A stretch of DNA of 64,000 nt from the NCBI RefSeq assembly GCF_009914755.1, contig NC_060929.1. One strand, 5' to 3'. Shown here piece after piece: positions 29,790-51,101 of the stretch (the first letter of the stretch is position 1; the number at the start of each line of letters is the position of its first letter). The notes under the pieces are model-generated. The model was not told the origin of the DNA, did not search any database, and saw only the letters and a program-made list of their open reading frames with translations. The position numbers were made by a program, and so were the translations under genes. The stretch comes from the human T2T-CHM13v2.0 reference genome, Homo sapiens.

Positions 29790-30531
29790 GTCCCTCCTAC
29801 TGGTGCTTGTTCAATCAAAGCTGCAGGAGAAAACTTCAAGTGTTGTGCAGCTCTTTACCACTGTTGGCGATTTTCCTTGAAGGTGAAGTTTCATCTGTGG
29901 ATATTTGATTTTCAGTTTTACGTGTCTATCAAAATAATTGTATTCTGGTTTTTCTCTTTGAATCATTTGTTGAATCATTTGTCAGGATGGTGGCTGCACA
30001 CAAGCATTTAAGATTCTGGAACATAGACATTGAACACCAGTGAGATAAGTATAACTGGAAAGGCCCGGGAGATATTTCAGAACCATGACCCCAAATTTCC
30101 CAGACCTGATCACAAAAATAAGTCTCAAAGATTTTCCAAGTTTATTTTAGATAGCCAGGTTGCCTTTTCTTTTAGCTTTGAGGTAGATTATTCCAATTCA
30201 CTGGAAGTGTTTAGGTATAATACACAATGTTAGCAATGGTAAAGAATCTTCCCTGGTTGGCCAAAATAAAATCCAAGACAATTCTATTATTTATAACTAC
30301 TTGGTTTAAGGAATTTAAACTGGTTTGTTGTGTTTGCTGTGCCTCACAGTTTGGGACGTAGTATTTACTATGTCAACCAAAGTAATTTTTTTATGAAAGC
30401 TTCTAGTAGCTTCACTCCTGTGGATAGGATCATTATTCTCAGAATTCTCTCTCCATAAAGGGTTTTATGTACTCTTTGAAATGATACATAATTCATTCGG
30501 GATGTTGGGGAATTTAGTTGGGGAGCTAAAT

Positions 30532-31077
30532 TGTATCAATTATCTTTTGCTCTATAACAAATGATTCCAAATTTAGAAGCTTGAAAACAAGAAAATTATG
30601 TCATATAGTTCCTGAGGGTTTATAAGTTTTGGAGCATCTTATCTGAGTGGTTCTGGATTAGTGTCTCCTACAAAGTTGCAGCCAGGATGTCAGCTAAGGC
30701 TGCAGTTCTCTGAAGGCTGAAATAGAGTATAGGATCCACGTACTTCCGAGAAGGCTCACTCACCTGGCTGTGGACTTGAGGCCTCAGTTTCTCATGGGCT
30801 GTTGGCAAGATTTCTCAATTCCTTGCCACATGGGCCTTTCCACAGAGCTGCTGCCAACATGGCAGCTAACTTTCCCTAGAGTGAATTGTATGATAGAGAA
30901 TAAGGCAGAAAATACACTGTCTTTTATTACCTAACATTGGAAGTGACATACCATCACTGTTGCCATAGAGGTCACATATATCAACCTCAGCACAGTGTGG
31001 GAGAGGTACAGTGTACAAGTGCATGGACACCAAGAAGCGAAAATCATTAGGTATTATCTTGGAGACTGACTACCATA
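30532..31077 (-). mobile_element. MLT1F-like solo LTR inserted in env
   Basis: 'tgtatcaattatc...ggagactgactaccata'; near-TSD taaat / gaaat. Confidence 0.85.
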
Positions 31078-31514
31078 GAAATTACACTGTTGGAATGGCC
31101 TAACTAATAATTCAACAGAACAATTAATCTTGGTCCTACATTGGCACTAAAGAGTCTCATTGTTTTATAGAAAAAAATTAACAAAAAGATATACAAGAGA
31201 TAATTCAACATTGATGGAACTCCAGATATACTGTTTCTGAGTACTGTTGACAAATAGTTGTTGTCTGTATTTTGTAATTTCCCTGGTGCAAGGACATTTT
31301 ATTTCATTTATATATTGCATGCAGAGTATTGTTTGTTTGGCTTTTTCTGTTTGTTGTTGTTGTTGTTGTTTTCCTCCTCATTATGCTTCTTGGACAAAGA
31401 GTATTGCTATTGGAAAGTCAGAGTAACATACCTTAACATCATTTATTTAAATGGCTGAGCTAAAAATAGCTTGGAATAGCTGAATTATAGAGTTATGATG
31501 ATAATTATCTAGAT

Positions 31515-31739
31515 CAAGGATCAGCAAACTTTCTCTGTAAAAAACTGGATATTAAATATTTTTGGCTTTGTGAGCCATATATTGTTTTTTGGTCACAACT
31601 CAGCTCTGCTGTTGTAGCACAAGAGCAGCCATAGGCAACATGTTAAAAAAATGGCTGTGGCTGTGTTCCAAAAAAATTTTATTTACAAAAACAGGTGGCA
31701 GGCCAGATTAGGTCTGTAAGCCATAGTTTGTCAACTCTG
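31515..31739 (+). mobile_element. MER58A (hAT-Charlie)
   Basis: TIRs 'caaggatcagcaaact' / 'agtttgtcaactctg'; 8-bp TSD atctagat / gtctagac. Confidence 0.9.
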
Positions 31740-32407
31740 GTCTAGACATAGTAACTCATTGTCACTAGTAAAGTGAATATGATAAGCTAAGTCAGAAGTA
31801 GAATACTTTAAGGCAATAAAGGAGAATAGTATTACCACAAACATAATATATAAGAATATGCAATAGAGAGTGTAATATATAGAAGAATCTTCTTCCAATG
31901 ATCTTGAGCCAAAATTATCTACTCCATGTAATCATTAGCTTATTCTGAGGCTCTTGGGTTAGCAGTCAACTTCTGTGAACCATCTGCTGAAGGCTCTGGA
32001 GAACCTCAATTTAACATATCTAGCAGATGTAACTTTTCAGTTTGGTCAAGGACCTTTTCGTTTTTTCAGAGGATTTAGAGTGATAAGGATAATAAAGTTT
32101 ATGACTAATGGAAAAAGACTTACATAGCTTTTATGTAAGCATTCTATAAATAAGCATTCTAATTAAATATGTCTGTATTAGATAATTGGAATATTCTAAG
32201 TTAGTAACACAAAATCTAATTGTGCTTTTATTTTGTTGCTTTGTTTTGTTTTTATTTTGTTTTCTGCTATAGTAAGGGCTGTGGATTTTTGATAGGCAAA
32301 TACTTCAACTTACCCAGAAAATAACTGTACCTATTAGTACACATTAATAAACACAATTGTATAAATTATATAAATCTATTTGGGGATGCTAAAACTATTA
32401 CTTAGAG

Positions 32408-32831
32408 CAGGGGTCCACAACCCCTGGCACCGGTTCATGGCCTGTTAAGAACTGGGCCACACAGAGGTGAGTGGTGGGCAAGCAAGCGAAGCTTCATCTG
32501 TGTTTCCAGCTGTCCTCTATCGCTCACATTACCACCTGAGCTCTGCCTCCTGTCAGATCAGCGGTGGCATTAGATTCTCACAGAAGTGTGAATCTTATTG
32601 TGAACTGCACATGCAAGAAATCTAGGTGGCTTACTCCTTGTGAGGATTATCTGCCACTGTTTCCCATCACCTCCAGATAAGACCTTCTAGTTGCAGGAAA
32701 ACAAGCTCAGGGCTCCCGCTAATTCAACATTATGGTGAGTTGTATAATTACTTCATTATATATTACAATGTAATAATAACAGAAATAAAGTGCACAATAA
32801 ATGTAATGTGCTTGAATCATCCCAAAACCAT
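32408..32831 (+). mobile_element. MER1A (hAT-Charlie), 3'-truncated
   Basis: 'caggggtccacaacccc...ctagttgcaggaaaacaagctcagggctccc...aatcatcccaaaaccat'. Confidence 0.9.
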
Positions 32832-33083
32832 ACTGAGCTTAATTTAGTATAGATAATGCATGAACTGGACATATCCTCTGCTATACTACAGAAGTTTTCT
32901 AGTCAGTGTTTAATACTATGGCAAATTTATCCCTACTGTGATGGGGTGTTTAATGGAGAATTTTGGCAATTGTCAATTTGAGGTTTCATCGCATACTTCA
33001 AGATCTGGTTTTGCCAGATCTTAGTCTTATGGAGCTTATAATGAGATAACTTCCCATGTTTCTTTTAAGCAGTTTGGCAACCA

Positions 33084-33382
33084 GGCCAGGCACGATGGCT
33101 CATGCCTGTAATCCCAGCACTTTGGGAGGCTGAGGCAGGTGGACCACCTGAGGTCAGGAGTTCGAGACCAGCCTGGCCAACATGGTGAAACCCCGTCTCT
33201 ACTAAAAGTACAAAAATTAGCCGGGCATGGTGGCACATGCCTGTAATCCCAGCTACTCAGGAGGCTGACACAGGAGAATCACTTGAACATGGGAGGCAGA
33301 GGTTGTAATGAGTCGAGATCACGCCACTGCACTCCAGCCTGGATGACAGAATGAGACTCCATCTCAAAAAAAAAAAAAAAAA
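33084..33382 (+). mobile_element. AluSx-like
   Basis: Full dimer with poly-A; TSD aagcagtttggcaacca / aagaattttggcatcca. Confidence 0.97.
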
Positions 33383-33894
33383 GAATTTTGGCATCCAAAT
33401 TTTGTATATATCTCTTATGGAATTGATGGACTTATTATTATTTTGTTGTTATTTACATGAGATCTTTGTATAAGAACTCCAGTCAGTCTGTTTAGTGTGC
33501 TATTCTGTTAAAATATTTCAATAGTACTTCTAACGTATTTCAATAGTATCCACAGTATAGTATACTAGCTTCAATAGTACCTCTTTTACTGTGTCCCTAC
33601 CTCTGTTACAGCAATTATTTTAGATATAGTAAAGACATCAAGTAATTAATATATTTGTTATATTTAAAGAGTACTTGAGTAAGATTTTAAAACCTCTTTT
33701 TTGTGTCACAGTTTAAATAAGTGAATTATTTTAAAAGCATTACCAGCTGTTGGTTTATATACTTATTCTTTTATTTTAGTAATTTTAAGTACCCTAGAGA
33801 AGACCACAGTTTAGTCACTGGTTCAATTTGAAAAATTTGATAAGGTAGTAAATTTTACAAGAGAGTGAGCTACTTATTTAAAACAGGCATAGTT

Positions 33895-34037
33895 TTTTTA
33901 AATTGTAGTAAAAAACACATAACCTGTAATTTATCATCTTAACCATTAAGCATACAGTTTAATAGTGTTAAGTATGTTCACATGTTGTGAAACAGATCTC
34001 CAGACTTTCTATCTTGCAAATCTGAAACCCTATACCC
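33895..34037 (-). mobile_element. L1MB 3'-end fragment
   Basis: 'attgtagtaaaaaacacataac...ttgtgaaacagatctccaga..tcttgcaaatctgaaac'. Confidence 0.75.
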
Positions 34038-34469
34038 TGCCATGGTTTAAATGTCCCCTCAAAAAATTCATTTTGAAACTTACTCCCCAATGTGGCAACT
34101 TTGAGAGGTGAGGCCTTTAAGAGGTAATTGGATCATGAGGGTTTAGCCATAATGAACAGATTAATCCATTCATGAATTAATAGATTAAATGGTTAATGGA
34201 TTCATGGGTTATCATGGGAGTCGGACTGGTGGATTTATAAGACAAGGACTAGAAATCTGAGCTAACATGTTCAGCCCCCTCATCATGTGATGCCTTGAAC
34301 TGCCTTGGGACTCTTCAAAGAGGCCCCACCAGCAAGAAGGCTCTCACCAGCTATCGCCCCTCAACTTGAGACTCCTTAGCCTCCATAATTGTAAGAAACA
34401 AATTCTTTTTCTTTTAAATTATGCATTTTCAAATATTCTGTTACAAGCAACAGAAAACAAGCTAATACA
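34038..34469 (+). mobile_element. MSTB-type 5' LTR
   Basis: 'tgccatggtttaaatgtcccc...gcaacagaaaacaagctaataca', followed directly by MST internal sequence. Confidence 0.9.
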
Positions 34470-42784
<8,315 letters not shown>

Positions 42785-42925
42785 TGCTTTGATTTGAATG
42801 CCCCCTCCAAAACCCATGTTGAAATTTAATCCCAAATGTGACAGTATTGAGAGGTGGGACCTTTAAGAAGTGACTGGATAATGAGGGCTCTGCCCTCATT
42901 AATGGATTAATTGATCAATGAATAA
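42785..42925 (+). mobile_element. MSTB-type 3' LTR, truncated
   Basis: Repeats the first ~140 bp of the 34038 LTR, then breaks off. Confidence 0.85.
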
Positions 42926-43779
42926 AATGGACAGACTTCGAATAATTGTCCTTCTGTTTCTTAGCCAGTATGGAACATTGAGTCTTTAAATTACTATTGT
43001 ACTTGCAACAGCTACAGGTATCCTTATCCATAGGCTTCTAATTTTTAGAGAATAGAGGTTTTTTTGGTTGTTTTTTAACTGAAGAGCCAAACACTATATT
43101 GAGTTTTAGCTTATTTACTTTCTAAGGCTCTGGAAATGTCTGACACATATTGAATACTTTCTAAATTGGCAATTTTACATTTCAACTTAATTTTCATTAT
43201 TAAATTCTCTATTTCGGGATGGATCCAATTTACAATAAGAGAAGATACAGTTCTCTACTTCAGCTATAGTTTTATGGTAGCTTCTTGAGTATTTCGTGAA
43301 GTCTATTTTTCATCTTTGCTTTGTTTATAATTTGAACCTTTTAAATTTTTCTATCAAAATGTTTTCTTAAGTTTCCTTATTGTAGTTAATTTTAAATTTT
43401 TATTGCTGTTTTAAGACAATGTTTAAAAATTTTACATAATTGGTTGACAAATCTTTCCTATCTTTCTGCTTACTAAGCATTTTCTGTAACTAAGAGGCTA
43501 ACACTTAGCTGAACTAGTTGGTACAGATCTGTGGTAGAAGAAACCAAGTATGTAATAAAATTTTGACTTCCATAACAATGATCTACCAATATTCTGAAAA
43601 TTTAGCATAATCCTTTATCATGGCCCTTAACTTGTCTGTAGACCAGAATTTGTAATTCATCCTTATGGCCTAGAAATTTTATGACTTAATTATTATTGCC
43701 CTGACAAAAGAGTAGCTCATTTAGAAGGTCAGGTGAAGCTGAGTAGAAAAAGAGAAAAATGCAAAGAGGATAGGTCTCA

Positions 43780-44079
43780 AAAGTTTACAAAGTCTTTGAG
43801 AGAGACTCTCTTGGAGTTAGAATTATTTTTCAAGGCTTTGGAATATCAATTAGAGGAGACTATTGACTATTTGGTATTTTGTCTCCTAACTTTTTAGCAT
43901 TTCTCTTAAAGGTATTAATTTAAAGATTTGGACATGTCAAAACATGACATTGTTATTCCAAGACAATTTTTCTTTTTGCCGTTTTTCAATAAAAATGAAA
44001 AGTTAAAATTATGGTGCTTCTTAAAGGAAATAGAAGTTATTTCAGGAGAAGGATGAGGCATTCACATGGACAAACCCAT
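43780..44079 (-). pseudogene. Degenerate MER4-group gag N-terminus
   Basis: From ATG at 44079, across frameshifts: MGLS..., FLLK.., LE*QC, FDMSK, KLGDKIPNSQ*, N*YSKALK, NSKRVSLKDF; echoes the MER4-group gag pattern (LELQWP..FD..K..KQW..NWY.EASKR..SKIASLKDS). Confidence 0.55.
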
Positions 44080-44915
44080 AACACACAAGAGAAAGAAGCC
44101 ACTACAGTCAGTTTACATTGTGAGGTTTTGAAGGGTGTTAGGTTTCCCCAACCAAGAAGAAACTGTACAAGAGCCACACAGTCAACAACCTGACAATTCT
44201 TGACTCCGTAGAAGGGACAAAAAAAAAGTAAGCTTCTTTTCCAAATTAACAAGAAAAAGGGTACCCTCATAAAGGATTTATAGGAGTCCCTAGACAATGT
44301 TTGACTAACCCTTTTTTCACCAAGTGATTGCTGGTCTAATGGACCTCCAGCCATTAGTTCTTAAGGCCACCTTCATTGTTTTGGAAACTTATCTGGCCTA
44401 TACTCCCACATGTTCTCTATGAAACACTCCTTTATACACTCAATAGAAACAGACAATCCAGGATAAAACAAAACACATGAAACAAGACTTTGTACATACA
44501 GACAAACAAAATCAAAATTAAAGCAAGGAGCAAAAGAATAAGCATGTTAATAGTAAAAAATATATATATATCAAATGGCATACCTCCAAAACAAAAGGTC
44601 TAGTTGTTGTCTTATACAAAGTCCTAAGTCTAATTGTTTATTGTATGGTTTATATTAATAACCAAAAAAGGCCTAATTGCTTTTTGCAATGACCTAGGCC
44701 TAAACAAAGACCTATTTGGCCACAAATTCTGGAATAACAAAATAAATTCAGCACCAAGACTCAATGAAACTAGCTAGAGATCACATTGTTGTTGAGATTA
44801 ACTAACTTGGCAACATATCTGAAGGGTAAGTAGAATTTTGGTACAAGGTGTCCAATGAGTGCATCTGTTGGCCTAATGGTCCTCTAGAAGGTTGCCAAAT
44901 GAGGGGCTTTACAAC

Positions 44916-44934
44916 AATCTTGGTAGAACCTCCA
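44916..44934 (-). promoter_or_regulatory. Retroviral primer-binding site complementary to tRNA-Gln
   Basis: Plus strand aatcttggtagaacctcca versus tRNA-Gln 3' end aatctcggtggaacctcca (17/19), 4 nt from the LTR end. Confidence 0.85.
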
Positions 44935-44938
44935 TAAT

Positions 44939-45384
44939 TGTCAAAAGACCACCATTCAATATCTAACATACAAAGACAAAGTTAACTTATTGCTTGTTAC
45001 AGTAAGAGATGTGGGTCAGGCACAGCCTTTTCAAGCAGAACAAATGGCTGATCTTATATAGTGTTTCAAGAAAGCATAGCATTCAGGAATTTGTTGACTC
45101 TCAGAAACATAAGTAGGTTGACATCATCTGTAGAAGTGTGATTACTCAGGTGAGACTATTACTGATTGGGTAGCACTCAGAGACATGCTTGTTGGAGTGA
45201 GTTTGTCCCTGATTGGCTGACCTTCAGAAGTGAGATTGACAGAGTAGTTGGATTGCAAAATTGTGTTTACTGAGGTGAATTGTTTGATAAAACAGATTTA
45301 AAACAAGTTATAGTGGCTACTTGTTATCATGACTTCAGAATTATCAATCTTTTCCTATGTTTGTAACAACCTTCTTTATTCTCA
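44939..45384 (-). mobile_element. 5' LTR of ancient ERV1 (MER110-like) provirus
   Basis: Minus strand TG...CA (tgagaataaag...ttttgaca), two CCAAT boxes, 'tatataa', adjacent PBS. Confidence 0.85.
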
Positions 45385-46004
45385 AGTTCAACAATATGAT
45401 CAAGGAAGAAAGAAAAAGCAATAGAAATATTGGAGGCTATTCATGGCTCAGCATGGTGGAGCTCTGTCAAAAATGGTACACCTTACCACTCAGGAACAGG
45501 TGTCAGCCTTCCAGTCAGATGGAAAATGTTTGGTATGAGTGAGATTCCTGTGGGTAGGTTGTACTTTGTATGGATGAACCAGTAGAAGAAGGAAGAGATT
45601 CTTCTGAAAGAGTTATAGTTGAAATCAATACATATTTAGGCAATTTCAAAACTTCATTCCCTATTAAGACTATCACTTATTGTATACAATATTCCTTTTA
45701 GAAAACATATTTGTAAACCATATATGTAACTTTGTTAACAGAATATTCTGTATTCTGCTTTTATGTTCCCTTACTTGTTTTTCTTCTTTATTTGATGATT
45801 ATGGCAGGGTTCTCCTCAAAGAACTTCGTATTCAATATGGTAAGCCACTTCTAGTGGTAATTTATTAAATCGTCTTCATTTCCAAGGTAACTGGTTAAAA
45901 TGTTATTTGTGACCACAGACATAGAACTTCATCATAGAACTAAGCATTAGAGACAGTAACTCCAAGTTTATTTTTGGAAAAGAAGAGGAAGAAAAAGATA
46001 GTAT

Positions 46005-46240
46005 CAGTATGATTAACAGCTTGATCTCTGGATTCAGACAGTTCCTGGCTCCTCCACTTATGAGCTGTGTGACCTAGGGCAAGCGACTAAACTTCTCTAA
46101 GCTTCTGTGTTCTCATCTGTAAAATGATGATAATAAATAATATCTACTTTATATGGCTATTGAGAGGATTAAAAGCAATAAATTACGTAAAGAGCTTAGC
46201 ATAGTTCCTGGCACATGGTATACAACTAATAAATGTGATA
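46005..46240 (+). mobile_element. MIR
   Basis: 'gctgtgtgacctagggcaag...ttctcatctgtaaaatg...gtaaagagcttagcatagttcctggcacat'. Confidence 0.85.
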
Positions 46241-46959
46241 TACCACTTTTGTAACTAATTTTTTTAAGTATGAAAAGACTTTATGCTAAAATACATAATA
46301 TGCCTTTCTTTCCTTGTTTCAATTTGTTTCTGCATAAATAAAAATTATTTTTAATATTTTGAAAACATTTACAACACAAAAAATCTTAGCGCTTCACAGC
46401 CCTTTATGATAAAAAAAGGTTGATAATTGTGTTAATATATTTATGATAAGAAACAGCTTTACTTGGATAAGGTAACAAGGATGGACCTGTGAGGTCAAAG
46501 AAATGTATGAGTTCATTAAGTGTGGCTTAAGTATCCAGGGAAGGTGGTTATTTATACTCCTAAAGAGTTCATACTCCAGCAACTCTCAGTACATCTAATG
46601 ACATAATATATGGAGACACGGACCGCTGTGGGAGAAAATGATGAAGTGTCCATTTGGGACAGGGCCTCCTTATTCTCATGAATTGCTCAAATATGTGGGG
46701 ACATAGGACTGCAAAAGGACAAGTAATACTTTTATGAAGTCTGTGACCCATACCATTCATTGCACCCTGGGAAAAGGAAAGAAAAGTTCTGAACAATTCT
46801 GTTGAGCAATTACCTATTGAATGAATATGCCATAATATATTTAACCATTCTCCTACTGTGGAACATGTAGTTTTCCCCCATATTTTTTCCTTTTACCTCA
46901 TAAATGATGATGCCACAAGCATCATCTTTGTATATAGAGCTCTTTTCCTCCACTGAAGC

Positions 46960-47190
46960 AGCATGCTGCAATGATAGTGAGGCCACACCCTGGAGCCATA
47001 CTCTCTAGCCTCAAATCCCAGCTCTGCCATTAACCAACCATGTGATCTTAAGCAATTTGTTTAATCTTTGTTTCCCTCAGTTTCCTCATGTGTAAAATGG
47101 AGATAATAAAATTCCCAGTTCATATGGCTGCTATGAAGATTAAATCAGTTAACATATGAAAGGCACTTAGAAAAGTGTCTGGCATTAATT
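46960..47190 (+). mobile_element. MIR
   Basis: 'caaatcccagctctgcca...cctcagtttcctcatgtgtaaaatggagataa'. Confidence 0.85.
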
Positions 47191-47227
47191 CAGCATGTAG
47201 GATTCAGCATCTAGGTGGTACCTAGAG

Positions 47228-47305
47228 ATGCTCCTTGACACTTACTATGGGGTTACATCCTGATAAATCCATCATAAATTAGAAATCTCCATGGTTGAAA
47301 GTGTG
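47228..47305 (+). mobile_element. MER47/Tigger5 terminal fragment
   Basis: 'agatgctccttgacacttactatggggttacatcctgataaatccatcataa'. Confidence 0.7.
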
Positions 47306-47515
47306 TAACTGCGAGTTTCCACTTGTTTCTGTTGCCCAGAATGAATTTTTATTTTTATACTTTATGAATTTTCTAATTCATTACCTTATTGTTTTTAAAG
47401 TGAATTTATTTAATTGCTACTGAAGGTGTTTCGTAAGTTAAGTGACTATTTCCTCTTATTTGAATGCTGTTAGTGCCCTTTTGTTTTTAGGGGTTTGGTG
47501 TTAGGCTTTAGTTTT

Positions 47516-47864
<349 letters not shown>

Positions 47865-48089
47865 TAAAGACTGACATATTCAAAATTTCGTTACTTCATC
47901 TGTCATATTTAGTACAAGTAATTCTCTCAGTCTCTTGTTTTCTTTTTAAGCTCCTTTTATTGTTTTTCACATTATAGATATTTTAAATGTTTGTATAGTT
48001 ATGTGTGTCCATCTTCTATTTTTTCATTTCTGATTGCTCTCCTCTTATCTTCTTATTTTGTTACAATTTGGTTTGTTAATATTTAACTT

Positions 48090-48215
48090 CCTGTAGTTTT
48101 CTCCTAAAGGGCAGAGACTCTGTTAATCATCATTGTATCTATATGCCTAGCCCAGTCCCAGCATGTAATGAACTACCAATAAATATTTGTGGAATGAATG
48201 AGTAAGTGAAGGAAC
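48090..48215 (+). mobile_element. L2 3' end
   Basis: 'ctcctaaagggcagagact...caataaatatttgtggaatgaatga'. Confidence 0.75.
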
Positions 48216-48520
48216 AACTGAATTGGCCCCAGCAGTCCACAGACCACACCCACTTGAGATTACATAATAAGGTCACTTTTTCTTTAATAGCCAACTTATA
48301 AAAACTATGAACTTGCATTCCATAGGCTACAAAAAAACTATTCTTCCGGAGGATTTCCTTCCCATGGATCTGTTAAATGTTCCACTAAATCAGTACTACA
48401 TTTGTCACCGCTATTAGAGTCCAGCAAGTCACTTCTGCCATCAGATAACCAGCTTCTCTAGAATACTACTCGCCCTATGAGTTATTCTCCAAGCATAGAC
48501 TCTGATCCCTCCCTTAATTA

Positions 48521-49072
<552 letters not shown>

Positions 49073-49434
49073 TCAGAGAGATATCTTTCCTCTTCAAATC
49101 CATGCCCTGCTTCTTTTGGCTGTTGCGAAGATTAAATGAGTTAAATTAAATAATTGACAGTGGGAGCACCCACTAATGCAGAGTACGGTCTGGCTCCTAT
49201 GGCCAGACAGGCAATGATAAAGGTCAGCAGTACATTTTACAAGTCTGAGTTATTCTGTCTTAAATACCACTATGTGAAAGGCACCAGTGCTCCAAATCCA
49301 GGTGGTATTATACCAATCCTAGTCCCCTGATTCCCTTTCACAATTTTTATCTCCATAATAAAGAGCTGAGATCTACACAACACTCTTGGCATGGTCCAGT
49401 GAGACAATCTCCTGTTACCAATTACTTAGACAAA

Positions 49435-49468
49435 ACTCTCTCTCTCTCTCTCTCTCTGACTCTCTCTT
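49435..49468 (+). repeat. (CT)n microsatellite
   Basis: Seen directly. Confidence 0.9.
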
Positions 49469-49895
49469 CCAAAATAAATAAACAAACAGTACTTTGCAAG
49501 GACAATTCAGCCAAAATCCAATTCTAAGGCTACATATTTTCCCCCTCTGATTTTGAAAGGATATACACAAGCCACTAAACCCAATTTATACTTCTAAACG
49601 AAACTTGTCAGCTTACTAGAAACTTCAATCTCCTCAAAAAGCAACAAGTGAGTACTTGCTCTAGATGTGTGTAATTCAAAAGGCCTATTCTGGTAATTCT
49701 CCCAAAACAAAGAAAGCCTGCTCCAAAGATGAATCAATGACTCCATCTTTATTAAAAAAAATATCTGGCAACTTTTAAATGATTTAATGCCAGGTTTCCA
49801 AAAAAGTAAAGTCCTGATGTGCAGCCTCTTGCAGAATGAATAAAGTAGTGTGAGGTGAAGGTCCAAGTTAAAGTTTTTGCATATTAATATCTGGT

Positions 49896-50504
49896 TGTCT
49901 TAGTCCATTTTCTGTTGCTATAGAAAAATACCACAAACTGGGTAATTTATAAAGAAAAGAAATTTGGCTGGACACAGTGGCTCATGCTGTAATCCCAGCA
50001 CTTTGGGAGGCGAAGGTTGGGAGGATCACTTGAGCCCAGGAATTTGAGACCAGCCTGGGCAACATAGTGAGACCCCACCTCTACCATAAAGAAAAATTAG
50101 CCAGGTAGTCCTAGCTCCTTGGGAGGCTGATGTGGGAGGATCACTTGAGCCCAGGAGTTGAGGCTGCAGTGAGCCATGATCGTGCCACTGCACTTCAGCC
50201 TGGGTGACAGAGTGACCCTGTCTCAAAAAAAAAAAAACCAAAAAAAAGTGTATTTCTTACATTTCTGGAAGATATGAAGTCCAAGGTTGAGAGGCCAGCA
50301 TCTGTCAAGGGCCTTCTTTCTGTGTTATCCCATGGTAGAGGGCAGAAAGATAAGAGAGCATGTTAGCAAGCAAGAGATCAAACTTGAAGCCTCAACTCCT
50401 TTTTATTCAGCAGTAATCCATTCATGAGGGTGGAAAATAAACATCTCCCATTAGGTCTTATCTCCCAACATTACTGCATTGAGGATTAAGTTTCCAACCC
50501 ATGC

Positions 50505-50505
<1 letters not shown>
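49896..50505 (-). mobile_element. MST (C/D-like) LTR interrupted by AluJ
   Basis: 'tgtcttagtccattttctgttgcta...actgggtaatttataaagaaaagaaattt' [Alu] 'atttcttacatttctggaag...ggattaagtttccaaccca'. Confidence 0.85.
49966..50248 (+). mobile_element. AluJ
   Basis: J-type 'gaggatcacttgagcccagg' in both arms. Confidence 0.95.
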
Positions 50506-50688
<183 letters not shown>

Positions 50689-51101
50689 TAAATCATGGTT
50701 CTTTTCTTAATTACTTCATTACTTGCATAAGCTGACTTCATCATATCTTTAACATCTATGTAAACTAGGCTATCTATCTGTTCAATTACCTCTTCATTTT
50801 TTAAACTCATTCCATATCATTTCCACTCATTTCTTTTAAAATCCTAGTATCTAACAAGAATAGTTCTTCCTTATAATTTTTCTTCTCTTAGAGTACTATA
50901 TGAAAATTCTGCCCATTTATTTTGGAAAACAGTTTTGGAATCATTTTATTGAGTTCTATAAAGTATTCTTTGGTTTTTAATAGGAATATGGTAAATCTAT
51001 ACATTAATTTGGGAAATATTTTCTTTACTATTCATAGTCATACTATGTCTTTGCTTTCATTTGGGTTTTTAAAAATTATTTCATTTAAGTTTTTACATTT
51101 T

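Larger units (their letters stand above)
29950..31900 (-). pseudogene. Degenerate ERV env (SU start plus TM with immunosuppressive domain), interrupted by MLT1F and MER58
   Basis: Minus strand from ~30336 to ~30215 reads QTQQTSLNSLNQVVINNRIVLDFILANQGRFFTIANIVYYT; after a frameshift LNTSSELE*STSKLKEKATWLSK..L*DLFL*SGLGNLGSWF. Confidence 0.85.

Noticed and set aside
33515-33582. Three copies of 'ttcaatagta' with short spacers (superficially array-like)
   Set aside because: Only a 10-bp repeat with irregular spacing in AT-rich mammalian DNA; local slippage, not CRISPR
45473-45868. Beta-globin-like coincidences: ATG-initiated MVHLTTQEQ...GTAG|gttgta, and a downstream GKPLLVVIY resembling GRLLVVY
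   Set aside because: Similarity is limited to ~5 residues each; there is an in-frame stop, the exon length is wrong (85 vs 92 nt), the PWTQRFF motif and exon 3 are absent, and there is no globin promoter. Most likely chance; TBLASTN with HBB would settle it.
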